DNA of 64,000 nucleotides. Origin: Fimicolochytrium jonesii (lineage: Eukaryota). Under the pieces are notes generated by a model. It saw only the letters and a list, made by a program, of their open reading frames with translations, ran no database searches and was not told where the DNA came from. The stretch covers positions 806,001 through 870,000 of the forward strand of contig NW_026515673.1 of NCBI RefSeq assembly GCF_025526975.1, written 5' to 3'. This document shows, piece by piece, positions 46,191 through 59,772 of this stretch. Within the stretch, counting starts at the first letter, position 1. The number at the start of each line of letters is the position of its first letter. The position numbers and the translations under genes are program-made.

Positions 46191-47072
46191 GATGTCGGGC
46201 GAGTATCACCAAATGACGACTGCTAGCATTCGCTCGCAAGCTTTGCGCCTCCCATACTCAATGCCCTTCGTCTTCGGCGACGCTCAACGTTACAGTGGGC
46301 AGCCTTCCGAAGGCTCGCGCTCCCCGACGCTCCAGCTCTCACTCGCTACCCCTCGAGTCCATCATACATACACAAGAAGATCCGACGAACAAACAGTCAC
46401 CGCCGTAAAGAAAAACACAGTCGGGCCCATATCATACGCCTGCACATATATGGAGAGCGTAAGGACGCACATAAAAAACAGGTCGATAGGCATTCCTATA
46501 TCGAATTTAACACATATCGTCAGCTCGAGTAACAGTCACGATTTCGTAAGATAAGATAACTAACCAGTGAGCGAGCTAAGCAGCGCGACGGAGGTCCAAG
46601 TCCATATCAGGAGCTGACATGTGGAAGACATTGTGCTGGTCGTGACGGAGTGAGAAGACGGGGTGGGTCATGTCGCGCGGGGCCGGGAACGAGCGATTGA
46701 GGCGACGAAAGATGGCCAACAGAAGAGAAAGTCGGGGGGAAGAGGTGCCTCTTGCTGTTGTGAGGGCATAGTCTTGCGTGCTGTGAAGCCACAGGATTGC
46801 CGTGCTGAGCAATGTGACTGTCGCGAGAATCGGTGGAAAAGCTGGAGTTGTCCTCAAAGTGCGCGTGGACACTCTCAGATTCCCCCCAAGTCTCAGCGCA
46901 CAGGGCACGAAAGCTCTTTAAATTCAGATACGAAATAGATGAAGCGGCATTGAATAAAGCAACGTGCATAGGGTTATGAGATTGAAATGACATGATGCTG
47001 GTCTTGCCACACACAAAGAACGTTTCCACCTACGCTACAGGTCTATATACGATGGTATTTTCGATGCTAAAT

Positions 47073-48001
47073 TTACAACCTGCTGTTCAAGATCTGCAAG
47101 AACTCCTGATCCTTCAAAGAAGCTCCACCAACAAGGAACCCGTCAATGTCCTGCTCCTTCTGCAGATCGGGCGAGCTCTTCGCACTGACGGATCCACCGT
47201 ACAAGATACGAGTAGAGTCGGCAACCTCCTTGGACACATTGGCCGCCAACCATCCCCTGATCTCCTTGTGCGCATCCTGCGCCTGCTGAGGGGTGGCAAC
47301 CTTGCCTGTTCCGATGGCCCAGACAGGCTCGTAGGCGATGACGACCTTGCTCCAGTCCGCAGCGGACAGCTGGCTCGCGATGGCCTTGATCTGCCTGAAC
47401 ACGACCTCGGTGGTGTTGCCCGCATCGCGCTCGGCCTCCGTTTCTCCGCAACAGGCGATGACGTTCAGACCGGCCTTGACGGCGTTGGCGACCTTCTTGC
47501 CGACCAGCTCGTCGGACTCTTTGAAGATGGCGCGTCGCTCAGAGTGCCCGAGGATGACCCACTTGATGGATAGGTCCGTGAGCATCTCGTGGCTGATTTC
47601 GCCGGTGTAGGCGCCTTTGGCTTCGGTCCAGATGTTTTGGGCAGAGACGCCGACCTCGGAGCGGAGAGTGCTGCGGACCTGGTGCAGGTAGGGTGATGGG
47701 GGAGCGATCACGCACTCTGTGTGACAGACGAGGCGAACATCGTGTTAGGTTTTGTGAGAGTAACGGTTGTGATCTGCGTTCAATGAGACCTACCGACGTT
47801 GTTGGACCAGGAGCCCTCGTTCAAGGCCTTGACCAGGGTTTCCACGAGCTGCCTGGAGCCGTTCATCTTCCAGTTTCCTCCAACCTACGCACGCCATAAC
47901 AAAGTCAGTGTGAGCTGGCGAACTGGTGCGAGAAACCCGTCGACTGCACCGCACCATCCCCAACGACGAGACCGTACCAAGAACTTGCGAGAAGACGTCA
48001 T
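47073..48001 (-). CDS. TPI1: Triosephosphate isomerase
   Basis: [59 protein letters not shown]. Confidence 0.98.
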
Positions 48002-48559
48002 GATGCTTGTACTTATTTCCGAGCGACCGAAGTGAAGACGTAAGTGAAGTGAGACCCGTAGAAGGCAGTATGAAGTGCTTGTGGTGAGCGAATATAAGTT
48101 GGCAGCGAGGGCTGTTGCAGGGATATGATACGTAGCCTTCGTTGTTGTCCTTTCCGTGTCGGCATCGATGGCTGTTGTTGGGCCGTCACGACGCCACGGA
48201 GACTCTCGGAGGGCGCTTGCATGAGCGGTAGTCAGTTAGGGTTGCGCGCTTGCTTGCTCCCGTTCTCCTCCGGCCCACAGCACTCGAGACTCTCCACGAA
48301 CGAAAACGAGTTTGGAGGCAAAACGACGTTCTCACAGGGCCCCTGTCATTGGGCTTAGTTCCGTTAACCTCTGTTCCCTTTGTCAGCGTCTTTAGCCGTC
48401 CTGGGTTGCTTCCAGGGGGAAAGCTTTCCTGCTCAGTGCCGCAAGGTACGCTTGTCCATAGTCCTAAGATGATCTTTGACGTTTCCCGTCGGAACTCCCA
48501 GCCCTCTCTATATGAAAGCGCCTTGTAACTGTATCCTCAGAAGCCCATAGATAGCCAAT

Positions 48560-51075
48560 ATGCCAAAAGAAATCATAACTTTACAACTGGGCCACTCGGC
48601 AAACTTTGTCGGGACGCATTTCTGGAACACGCAGGTTGACGCTCCCTGATTGTCTTCTCCCAAACGTTGGACCCAATAGTAACGAAAAAGCAAATACAGG
48701 ACTCGTATTTCCGTTTCGATGGAGAAGAGGAAACGGAGCTAGACCACGATGTGCTATACCGTGCTGGACGTAATTTGAATGTCAGTTCGTCGGTTGGCCA
48801 AGTAGCGACGTGGGAGACCCCCGAGACTAAAAACGCAAACGCAGGGCGAGGAGACGTATACACCACGAGCTCTGATATCCGATTTGAAAGGTTTGTTGAC
48901 GCCGCGATGATGCTCCAGGCGATGGATGTCGGGAATGCTGACATTTATCACATTATAGGAAGCTTTGGGTCGTTGAAGAAAGTCAGCCCGCTATACGAAA
49001 CAGATGCATCGGAGGAGATGTCCGCATGGTCAGTTGGAAAGATTGTCGCCAAGCTCAAACTGGCGAAGTATTTGACGTTGGTTTCGGCAGGGGTGGAAAG
49101 GTTGATCGCTACGTACAGGACCCATACCCAAAGAACCAGTTCCTAGAGCACCTAGAGAACCCCTCGCAAGCGGATGGCGAGGCCACGACGTTTTCCGACC
49201 ATCTGGATAAAGCCGTCACAGTGTGGTCGGACTACAACAAGATCTACTATCACCCGAAATCGTTGCTGGAGGTGCCGCACTATATCCACGACGACGATCA
49301 GAATCCGTTCTCGGTCTGGACGCAGGGGTTGGATGTTATGACTGATGCTGAATTCGTAAGAACGGGGGAGCTCTATTTTCGATCTGTCGAGCTTTGGACG
49401 CTGATTTATAGTTGGTCGACAGCGAGATGAATGCTTTGATGAGCGGTTACGGTTTTTTGTTGAAGAGTGTGATTCATTGCAAGTAAGATGACGCTCGGTC
49501 CCAGCCGTTTCCGGCAATGGCCGACACAGCAACTTAACCACCGAGCGGGTTTAGGGCTTCAACATCCTCGCAGACGCCGAAGACGGGTTCTCCGGCATCG
49601 CAGGATCGTTCCTCAACCATCTCTCGGAAGAATTCCCTAAGAAAGCGTCTATAACGTTTGGGATACACAAGCCGCCCAGCGTGTTTGACACTGAGGTACA
49701 ACATTTTTCAGGAAACGCCCTTACCATTCTTAAGTGCTGATCGCTTTTGTCTGAGCAGAAAAGCAGATACGTAGCATCCGCGAATTCGGCTTTGTTGCTC
49801 AATACGGCAGCAAGGACGAGCTCTTTATATGTCCCGATCTATGCGCCGAGTAGAGCTAATGTGCCGGCTGGGGATTGGAGTCGCTATGTCAAGAACGATG
49901 TAAGTAGTTTTGGATTGCTGCAAGATCCGATCGGGGGCACCAGTTCACGCGTTCTTTCCTCGTCCATCAGTTGAGCACCCCATATCAATGGAGCGCCTAT
50001 TTATCCGTCGCGATAGAAACCGCTCTTCTCCCAGTCCGGTATGGGTGACAACTATGCACACCCTCTCCTTTTGTACAACAATCGCCAATCCCCCCTATCT
50101 GCCCACCAGCATCAAAAAAACCTCCCTCCAAGTCGCCGACATCGCAAACATCGTAAACGGCGGCTCCTCCCGCACGGTCGCAACACTCTCAGCCGCGGTC
50201 CCGTTTGCGTTCCGCAAAGGCGAGTCGTATGAGAGCTCAATACAGATGAAGGAGGGACGGATACCATGGATGGTGGATCTGACGCAGCGGCTGGCGTATG
50301 ATACGGTAAGAGCGGGGATGATCGCTGGGAGAATGGCCGAAGAGGGTAATCATTGATAGACATTGCATTATGTAGGTGGGCCAGGAGTATGGACAGTATA
50401 CCGTCGTGAGAGGTGTTGGAGAGCTAGGTCGTTGGGATGACGTTCGCACAAGGTAAGGCTCTGAGTCCGTGAGTGAGCTCCTTTACTTTCTCGGATCCAG
50501 ACCTTAGGATCCTCTTCTTCCAGTAAGCCGCCCAGCAAATCAGAGGTAGAACAGGCGTTGAGCCAGGCGTTGAAGACTGCAGGGTGCCCGTCTGGCCATT
50601 GGTAAGCTCGTTTGAACCGCGTACATTGAGCACTGGGCTATCTATGGGGTTGATATCAACTTTATTTCCTCAGCTTCGCCATCGACAAAGCCATGCCCAT
50701 CGGCGAATCGTTTCCCCAATTGTTTACATCCAACATCGACGGCAACGGGTTCATCGTAGACCGCAACCCAGACAACACAGGTAACTTCAAATCAAATGCA
50801 CTCCCGGCTCTTTGAATCGACTCAAATTACCCCTCTCATCAAACCCAGCCCCGCACCCACCAACCCACCACATAGCCTCCCTCTGCCGCCTGTCCCAATC
50901 CCCCCGCCTCGCCAAACCCATCCTCGCAGCCCAAGCCATCCTCGCGAAATTGACCACACCCGTCGCGGTGCTGTATGAGAAGGGAGATAATGGACTGGCG
51001 AGGGAGGAGTGGGTGGAGGTTAGGCAGGAGTTGAATGATTTGGCGGATATGTATTTGGGTGAGGAGGAAATTTAG
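48560..51075 (+). CDS. DML1: Misato/Dml1 tubulin-like protein (multi-exon)
   Basis: MPKEIITLQLGHSANFVGTHFWNTQ, VWSDYNKIYYHPKS, RFFVEECDSLQGF, SFPQLF, C-terminal EVRQELNDLADMY. Confidence 0.93.
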
Positions 51076-51336
51076 GGGGTGGAAGGTGCGGATGGAGTGG
51101 GGTGGACGGCGTATTCGGTGGGTGTGTGGGTACAGTCTTCTATACCAGCGGCTGTAACCTTGATTCATTAGGGAAGGCTATATCCCTCAGTCGAACATAT
51201 GTATCGCCAGGCTAGGCGCACCCGTAGCTGCAACGTTGGTGGGAGGATGTTGGAACAGCGACGAGTCCCAGGGCGTCTGCGCGTGCTAAATGCAAACGTC
51301 GTTTTTGGCCGTTAGGAAGATGTCCCACGGTGCGTA

Positions 51337-51532
51337 CAGTAGGCTGCCAGATATCTGGTTACGACGCCCCAAGGACACATCATTCCGAGCATACCCACCG
51401 GCCCAAGTTGTCGAACCCCATGCAAACCCTTTCAGCACGACCGCTCGGCGCTAGCCCAGGCCCCAGGGGGACTTCTGGGTTGCACAGGGAGGCTCAACCA
51501 CCCGTCGTAACGAGATATCTGGCAGCCTCCTG
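51337..51532. mobile_element. MITE copy 2 (196 bp, TA target-site duplication)
   Basis: TA|CAGTAGGCTGCCAGATATCTGGTTACGACG ... CGTCGTAACGAGATATCTGGCAGCCTCCTG|TA. Confidence 0.92.
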
Positions 51533-51791
51533 TACAAAGTGCGGGGCAGTCTGTCTGCCTTCCCGTCCTTTTTCTTGGCAACTTGGACTCTGCCACTCAG
51601 TGCCCGCCCCGCATCTACCACAGAAGTGCATAAATAAGAGTGCTTCCCTCCTGCATTCCTCCCTCCCTCGTTTCGTTCGCTCCGAATTCCATCTTGGCTC
51701 GCGCATTTTCGTCACTCACTGAACACATTGTTAGGGCGCCGTCATCTTCACACGTAGCAATATAAACTTCACATCCTCGACCTCTTCCACA

Positions 51792-54700
51792 ATGAGAGGC
51801 TCCCAAGTAGGATACTGGAGGCCCGACCACCTCCTAAACGAGGCTCTCGAACAAATCAAGAGAATCCTCGAAACAACCCGTCAACCGACGTACGCCGGCG
51901 ATGTCCCCCACCAATATAAGGACAAGTACCTCCTAGCCGAGTTCCTGACCAACGCCGCTCTCAATGCCCAATGGACCTGTCTGGAACTGCTGGGGCTCGA
52001 CGACCAAGGGGTTAAACTGTTGAAGGACTGGACGACGCTCCAGACCAACCGCCCGGCGGTCAGCCTGCGCTTTATCGCTGAGGAGCGGTGTGGTTTTCTG
52101 AGGGAGCAGGAACGACACGTCGAGGCGCCGTCGTCGGAAACGACCATCGAGACCACGTCCAGCCGTTCGTCCAACTCGGTCCTTCATGCCATCAAAAGCA
52201 AGTTTGTGACCACCATCAAGGAGTACGTCTACGGCTACAGAATCCGGTACCGCCTGTCTATGTACTTTGGGACGGATATCGGCGCCAGCACGGTTCTCGG
52301 CGAGGTGGAACGCGGGTGCGAGCTGATCACGACCGTCAGGGACAACCCGCCCGCGCTGCCGGTCGTCATCCACGACCCGCTCGATGTGAACATCACCTAC
52401 GTCGTTCAGAATTTGACCATGGAGGAAGCTGAGCCGTTCCAGTTCCGGATCGACAGGGCCGATGAGGAATGTCACACGCCGCGGAGGAACAGGAACATCA
52501 CACAGGCGCTCGACTACTTCGGTGCATTCTCACGATGGGCGCACCAGGTGCACTACTACTTCCAGGGACTGGCCCGAGAACCGCGCGCCGTTCCCGGGAA
52601 CGCTGTCGACCTCTCCGTTCTCTCTGCGGACGGAACGTTCATCCCCGTTGCCCCGCTGTTCGAGAAGCGCGAAGGCCGAGATTCGGTCCTGCTTTCGCCG
52701 GAAGACCTGGGGCTTTTCCTGCAGGAGCAGAAACGTAGCCTGCAGGAAAAGTTCGCAGCCATCGACCAAGCCATCCCTGCTGGTAAACTTATAACAGCGC
52801 AAGAGGGGAAGGTGATGGCCACCTTGGCCCATGCAATGAGTCTGTCGCGGACATACAACGGCTCCATCGAGGCCATTGAAATGATGCTGCACTCGCAGCT
52901 GATTGCCGCTATCGGCCGCACACTGCAGCCCCGAGATTTCACCCAGCTCGTCCGGTCCAACAACCGCAAGCTGTTCCTGCCCCAGTACGTCCCCTCCCCC
53001 TTCTGTTTCGCAGTTCAACGCCCCGGCCACTCCCCCGAAGGCGTCATCAGCATCGAATACGACGAAGACCGCTCCTCCTCCTCCTCCACCCTCGACAACG
53101 CCGGCGCCATGGTGGACTCCTTCCACAGCGCCTTCGACAACATCGACGTTCCCCTCATGGAGATCCCCCTCAACGCCGCCACAAAAGTGCAGTTTGCAGG
53201 CAAACGCCATCTCCACGCCTGCCTCTTCCACCGCTTCTCCGACTCGCCCGAAACGAACATCGCCCTCAAAGCGCGCGCGCGCCAGTTCAGCTCCTTCATC
53301 CTCCTCGTCGGCCGGATAACCTCCGCCACCCGCTTTGAGCCGCAGGCCGGCCTGATCGTGCAGAATAAGGACGATCTCACCATCCCTCTGCTTTTGGAGA
53401 CCATCCCGACCCCAAAGGAATTCCAGGACGCGATCGAGTCCCTGTCACCGGAACAGCAGAAATTCGCTAAAGCGATGCGCGCCCTGCAATTGGAGAGCAC
53501 GCTCTTCGGAATCTGTGTCGTCGAAATCAAACCCGAGCTTGAGAAATTGCTGAATTTGCCCCCCGACGCACTCGCGAAGGAGATCCAGCTCACGCAGGAC
53601 CTCATGACATTGTTTGTCGAGTACCAGATCCCCAGCGATCTCCTGCGGTACGACGGCGAAGCGGACGCTGCAGCCAGCGCAAAGACGGACGCTGTACGAG
53701 GATACGTGGGCAAGATCAAGGATATCATCAAAGGCCGCGGACGGGAGGATATCGAGAACGCGCTGGGCAAGGCGCAGTATAATCAGTTGAACCATCTGGC
53801 CGAATCGAACAAGGTTGAACCGGCCGCCGCATATGGGTTGTTCGGGGGCCCCCCGCCCCCGCCAGCCGGCTCTTTGTTCGGCACCGCCCCCGCATCCTCG
53901 TCGTTCGGTGGCTTTTCCGCGGCAACCTCTATCCACCAACGGGGCGAGCAAAGTAAGTTGCCTACCTCGCCAATCGTGTACTCGCCATGCTCACCAACTT
54001 ACTCCCCAACCTCACCCGGCTACTCCCCATCCTCACCTTCCTACTCTCCATCCTCACCTTCCTACTCTCCAACCTCCCTTCCCTACGCCCCAACCTCCCG
54101 CCGCCACCCAGTGTCGGACCTCGTAGGCCGAAGCCAAGAACTCTCCGCGGCATCGATGAAGTTCAAAAAAGCCAAATCCGCCGGCCCAGTATTCGCGCGA
54201 AAATCCGCCGGGATGTCAGAACCCGTGGCCGCTCCCCCAACCGTCCGGTACGAGGGCCACCAACAACAACAACAACCCGTCCAATCCCAATCCCAATCCC
54301 AATCCCCTTACACATCCAGCACAGACCTCCACGACCGCCCCAACCCAAAGCGAAAAACCGACGACATGGAAGCAGACAACATGAACACATCTGATACCCC
54401 CGACCCCCGCCTCGACTTCACCCGCTTCCCCACCCTCCTCGACTCTGCCCTCTCCACCCTCCCCTCCACCGCTCTCCGCCCCACAACAATAACCCTCGGC
54501 CCCACATGGTCGCGGAGCCGTCCCACCTCCATCCTCCACTCGAACCCCACCCCCACATCCCTGCCCACATCCACGCAACAAACAGAACGCAACGCGGCGT
54601 TTGACTTGCTGGATGCGTTGAGTAGGAGCGGGAGTATCGTGATGCAGGATGTGGTGATGCATGTGGTGCTGGCGGCGACGCATTGTTTTGATCAGACGAT

Positions 54701-54842
54701 GGTGGAGGAGGTTATTAGGGGGAATGTGGACCCCGTGGGGGTTTTTGGGAGGAGTGGGGTGCTTGTGGCGGCGACTGTGAATGGCGTTGACGGGGGGAGG
54801 TTGGTTAGGGGTGGGGAGGCTGAGGTGAGGGAGCTGGAGTAA
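51792..54842 (+). CDS. Uncharacterised intronless 1016-aa protein with six YSPxSPx heptads
   Basis: Long clean ORF with globular-looking N- and C-terminal regions; [40 protein letters not shown] in a disordered linker. Confidence 0.85.
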   Translation: MRGSQVGYWRPDHLLNEALEQIKRILETTRQPTYAGDVPHQYKDKYLLAEFLTNAALNAQWTCLELLGLDDQGVKLLKDWTTLQTNRPAVSLRFIAEERCGFLREQERHVEAPSSETTIETTSSRSSNSVLHAIKSKFVTTIKEYVYGYRIRYRLSMYFGTDIGASTVLGEVERGCELITTVRDNPPALPVVIHDPLDVNITYVVQNLTMEEAEPFQFRIDRADEECHTPRRNRNITQALDYFGAFSRWAHQVHYYFQGLAREPRAVPGNAVDLSVLSADGTFIPVAPLFEKREGRDSVLLSPEDLGLFLQEQKRSLQEKFAAIDQAIPAGKLITAQEGKVMATLAHAMSLSRTYNGSIEAIEMMLHSQLIAAIGRTLQPRDFTQLVRSNNRKLFLPQYVPSPFCFAVQRPGHSPEGVISIEYDEDRSSSSSTLDNAGAMVDSFHSAFDNIDVPLMEIPLNAATKVQFAGKRHLHACLFHRFSDSPETNIALKARARQFSSFILLVGRITSATRFEPQAGLIVQNKDDLTIPLLLETIPTPKEFQDAIESLSPEQQKFAKAMRALQLESTLFGICVVEIKPELEKLLNLPPDALAKEIQLTQDLMTLFVEYQIPSDLLRYDGEADAAASAKTDAVRGYVGKIKDIIKGRGREDIENALGKAQYNQLNHLAESNKVEPAAAYGLFGGPPPPPAGSLFGTAPASSSFGGFSAATSIHQRGEQSKLPTSPIVYSPCSPTYSPTSPGYSPSSPSYSPSSPSYSPTSLPYAPTSRRHPVSDLVGRSQELSAASMKFKKAKSAGPVFARKSAGMSEPVAAPPTVRYEGHQQQQQPVQSQSQSQSPYTSSTDLHDRPNPKRKTDDMEADNMNTSDTPDPRLDFTRFPTLLDSALSTLPSTALRPTTITLGPTWSRSRPTSILHSNPTPTSLPTSTQQTERNAAFDLLDALSRSGSIVMQDVVMHVVLAATHCFDQTMVEEVIRGNVDPVGVFGRSGVLVAATVNGVDGGRLVRGGEAEVRELE

Positions 54843-55216
54843 AACCTATCATGAGGGTGTGATGGGGGCTATTATTCACAAACGGTGTACCTTATTGTGC
54901 GCGAGATCGGAAGTAGCCGACGATGGTCAGATCGTAGACTACTAGTAATCTATAGTACTAGTAGTCTATCCTATAGAAAACTAAGGGTTGAGGCCTAACG
55001 GTTGACAAGAGGAGTCAAATGCAAACGCGTGACAGCCCCACAGTCTTCCTCGGAAGCGGGAATCAAGCGGGCATCGTGCGTGTGTCGCCTCATGTTTGGG
55101 CGTCCCGCGTTTCGCTCGACAAGCCCCGTGAAGACTGCTCCCTTATAAGAGACTAGCATAGATCCCTTCCTCGTCGATAGTCAACGATAGCATTATCCAT
55201 AGGCGCAGTTTCAAAA

Positions 55217-56428
55217 ATGAGTGTAGAACCAACTCTCTCCGTTTTCCAGGTATGTTTCAACCCGCCGCGGATGGATGGAACCCACGTCAACAGAATCTTA
55301 GGACTGAACAGGCGGACGTGTTCTATAGCCCAACATCTTCGATGGCAAAGTAGCGTTCGTCACAGGTGGCGGGAGCGGGATCTGTAAGGGGATTACGGAG
55401 GCGTTGATGAGGTATGTGTAAGGTCAAGAGACGCCCGGTTGTAGGGGGTGTGAGTCTCATGAGTTCATTTGGCGTAGGCATGGAGCGAAAGCCGCGATCT
55501 TCAGCCGAAGCTTGGATAAGATCCAGGATGCGGCGAAATCACTGTCGTCTGCCACTGGTGGGTCAACGAGATATCACCATGCTAACAACATAACTGAGCC
55601 GCCACTAACTATCGGTTTCTTCAAAGGGAAAGAATGCATCGGCTTCGCAGGCGACGTCCGATCCTACACCGACCTCGAAGCCGCGATGAAGAAGGCGCGA
55701 GACCATTACGGAAAAATCGATATTGTCATTTGCGGGGCGGCAGGGAACTTTTTATCGCCGGCTGAGAATTTGTCTGCTAATGGGTTCAAGGTGCGCTCTA
55801 TCGTCGTCTGTCGTCTGATCTGAGCTATGAATTGTGTGGACTAGAATATGCATTCCGCAGACGGTGGTAGAAATCGATCTCCTGGGCACTTTCAACACCG
55901 CGAAAGCCGCTCTGCCTTACTTGAAGGAATCGCAGGGATCGTTGTTGAGCATCTCCGCGACCTTCCACTACATGGGATCGCCGCTGCAGGTGCACTGCGC
56001 GGCGGCCAAAGCTGGGGTGGATGCGATGACGAAGACGCTGGCGGTCGAGTGGGGCCATTATGGAATCCGGGTTAATGCTATTGCGCCCGGGGTACGTTAC
56101 GTCTTTCCCGCTCCCGCTGATGCACCGCGCAACACTTTGACTGACACGCACTTCTCGTCTGTGAATTTTTCTCCTCCAGCCAATCGCAGAAACAGTCGGC
56201 CTCCAGAAACTGACACCCAAGAACATCGACTACTCCGACAGTCTCATGCCCATCCAGTCCGTGGGTAAGATCAGGGATATCGAGCATGCGTCTTTGTTCA
56301 TGCTGGGCCCTGGGGCACGGTTTATTACGGGGCATATTTTGGTGGTGGATGGGGGGCATTGGTTGACGGGGATGGGGACGGGGGCGCCGCCGGCTATGTG
56401 GCGTAATGCGGGGTCTGCTAAGCTGTAA
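55217..56428 (+). CDS. SPS19: Peroxisomal 2,4-dienoyl-CoA reductase (SDR)
   Basis: [64 protein letters not shown]-terminal AKL (PTS1). Confidence 0.93.
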
Positions 56429-56577
56429 GGAGGTTTTTCTTGTGTACGTATACTTAGTTTGTGAATACAGCCCACGTAGGCCCACGTTGCAGCCGAGTTT
56501 GCCTGACGCGTTCGAACTTCGAAGTTCCCGGGGTCAACCTCGGTAATCCCACGAGAATCCCGTTTCGTACATACGGA

Positions 56578-59500
56578 ATGTCCGACGACGAAGAACAATC
56601 AGAGTACAGGGGCGCTGACAGTCCTGCCATATTCCGTGCTACCCCGGTCTCAAGGATTGACGAACGTGGGATTCGCAACCGATTGAGGGATCGGTTTGTC
56701 TTCGACAAGCGGAAGGTGACTTGTGGGGTTATTTGCAGGCTACGCTGACTACGCAAGTACTTATGTACAAAGCTTTTGTTGCAGACGGCACCTCCAGCAA
56801 CTACCGGCACACCTGCAACGCCGAACCTGGGGTGGAACCACTTGACTGAGCCTTCATCGCCACCCATCTCCCTCTCAAGCGCAGCACCGCCCTCAGTCTC
56901 AGCCCATTCCCACACGCCCACCCCCGTGCCATCCCCGCGTAACTCTCCTGCCGTGCAGTCCCCTGTATGGAGGAACACTGAAGGACGTGCCGCTGTCCGG
57001 GCACCGATATGGGCTACGGGGAGATATATGAGCGCGTCAAGGGATAGCACGCCAATTCCGGATCCTAGCCCAGCTCAGGCTAGAGATTTCGCATCGACAC
57101 CCAGCTCCGTCTCATCAACACCGGTGGTCCCGTCTAGTTTGAGAAGGGCAAGCCAGACAACCAGGCGAGACACACCGGCCACCACTGCAGGCCGCCCTAT
57201 CAACCGCACCGAACAGTACCTACGCCTTAACCACCGCAAAGATATCTCCAAAGCCATCCTGGACTGGCAACGCGTCCGCGACAGGGCAAACACGACTGCG
57301 TACCAGTTCAGAGTCACGCTTTTGATTGATCCGCTGCTTATGCTGGATCATGACGCGGTTGTGGGGAATGAGCTGCTGAGAGGGTTGGGCGAGGTTACGA
57401 AAGCGCAGTTTGTTACGGCGTGCTTTACGTTGTTGAGTGGTGCGTTGGGCGGGCCGGCGGATCTGTTTCCCGAGATGGTGCGGGTGGCTGTGGGATTGGC
57501 TTATATGCCTTCGGTCTCTGGGTTGGTATTTTCGCGCATTTTGGGCAATCTTCACAGGTAGCTAACAATCTACTTTTGAACAGCCTTATGATCAGCGATG
57601 TTCAGGAACTCCTCAGCACGTTGAAAGCGCCGGAAGAAGAAAACAGCCCTCCGACCGACACAGAGCGGAATCGCGCACCTCTCGCCGTCTTCTTCGGCAC
57701 CGTCCAACGCCTTAAACCGATCTGTCACCGCGTACACAGCAGATTGTACCGCTGCACCAACTTCAAATGCAGAAACCGGAACACCGTACATGTCGCACAG
57801 TCCACCGCCACCCTCCACCGCGTCACGAAGCGTGATGCGATAGGAGCCAATCTCTTAACATCCACGAGCGTCAAACTGCATGAAATCGATCTAGTTTGTT
57901 CCCACTGCGGAGACCCCATGCCGGAATCTGTTGTCGATCGCGTCGTGACGCTGGGACGAGAGGGGCACCTTTTGCTGCAGGCCGCCGACAAATGCTTCGT
58001 TCAGGTGATCACCATCTGGTTGGAAGACGAGCTGACCCGGTCGATTGCACTGGGCGATACGGTGGAGGTGATTGGTGTCCCTGAACGCACGCTCGGGCAG
58101 GTGTCGAACAATCGCTTTCATCCCCGGTTTGGGATCCGACTGGGTGTCGTCAGCGCGCGGAAAGTCAGCGGTGCATCGGTAGCGGGAAGCAATGCGCGCG
58201 GCCGCAGTCATGCGCTGACGGGGCAGTCAGATCTTTACGGGCGCGGGACGGCAAACATCCCCCAGTCGATTCTGCAGCTCCAGGGCGATAATCTCTCACC
58301 GTATGGATTCACACAAAAGCTTGTCGATCAGATGTTTGCCGACATTGTCCCCCGTGCGATATGGAGGAAAACCAAGCTGGCGATGCTGTTGAGCTTGGTA
58401 TCGGCGCCCGTCGACGTTGACGAGCAGGTAAAGCCGCAGAAAGGCCCGTGCACGCCTCGTCGGGCTCTTCACATGCTCTTCCTCTACAGCTCCCCCATCC
58501 CGGCCCTCAATCGCATGCTGGCTTCAGTGCCACGTATCCGCCATTCACATCGGTGGGTGCATGGATGCGAGTATAAGCACCAGGCGCTGGGCCACGCGGA
58601 CCGACAGGGCGACGGCGATGTGAAGGCGTGCCCGATGACAGGTGCCAAAAGCGGCGTTCTGATGGTCGAGACGGATCATTTGAGGAAACCGAACCTGGAC
58701 GAACTGATCAATGCCCTTGAGAAACGGGACGCGGGGTTGTGCAACGAGGAGGCTGGGCCGACGAGTGCGGAAGTGACCGTGTGGGCGTCCGCGATGCTGA
58801 AGAGCGGGCGACGCAGCTACAAGGCCCAGCATGAGGCGAACGAGCTCAGCATGTCGTTGGCTCCCGCTTTTGCGCCGTTGATCAGCAAGTTCGACATAAT
58901 ACTTAATCTCCGTGGGACGGCGACACTGGACAACCATGAGTACCTCTTGGCGCAACATATCCTCTCCCTCTGCACGCAGGAGAAACGCATCGAGAATGCA
59001 AGTACGGGCATATGGAACCCAGACATGGCCCGCTTCCTGCACATCGCGGCCAACATCGAAGTGAAGCTCTCGAGCGAATGCCAGACCTTCCTGCGATTGT
59101 ATTTCTCGGCTGTGAGGAAGTTGCTCGGGGCGGGGGTCACAGAGAGCATGTTTGCGACGATGGAGACGTTGATTAGGATCGCTTGTGCGCATGCTAAGGT
59201 TTGAACTCGTATTCACAATGTTCTTTGTGACTTCGAGAACGAGGTTACTTCCCTCCCATTTCACCTCCCCAGCTTTGCCTGCGCGACACAGCACTCGTAG
59301 ACGACGGGCTCGTCAGCATCGCCTTCGTAGAGGAAACCATGGCGCTCACACGCGGACAATCGATCATGGGCTTCAAGCCCTTACCAAACGACCGGAGCAA
59401 CATCGAGAAGATGTTTGGCGAGGAAAGGCGACAGAAAAGCGACTGGCGGAAGTTTCCTGATGATGATGAGGTATGGAAGCATAAGAAGGGGCGATAGATG

Positions 59501-59772
59501 GGTTTTTGGGTGCCTTGTTGATGCGATTTCTTTTTTTGTAGGGCGTGCAGGATTCGGACTCGGATATAGATTCGGATTGTGATCAGAGCAAGGCTTCGCC
59601 GGCTGAGCAGGCTTTCACTCGGTAGTGTGTTTGCAAAATGCCTCTTTCGTTCTCAGGGTGGTGTGTGAGCTTGTCCCGTCTTTGTTCCCTTTCACTCACT
59701 AGGTTCTACACACATGTGATGGGTGTGCTGGAACGGTACTCGGACGAATTTACCTCGACGGGTTCTGGGTGA
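56578..59772 (+). CDS. MCMDC2: MCMDC2-like atypical MCM protein (multi-exon)
   Basis: YQFRVTLLIDP...DAVVGNELL, Zn-finger C..C/C..C, I.LEDEL...G..VEVIGVP (OB fold), KLAMLLSLV, FDII, LIRIACAHAK|LCLR; no GDPxxxKS Walker A or IDEFDKM Walker B. Assigned from recalled family motifs. Confidence 0.75.

Noticed and set aside
46576..47029. Short minus-strand ORFs downstream of TPI1
   Set aside because: No domain or convincing splice structure; likely UTR or intergenic
51792..54842. RPB1 call based on the YSPTSPS-like repeats
   Set aside because: No NADFDGD or other polymerase motif, and the heptads are internal and few
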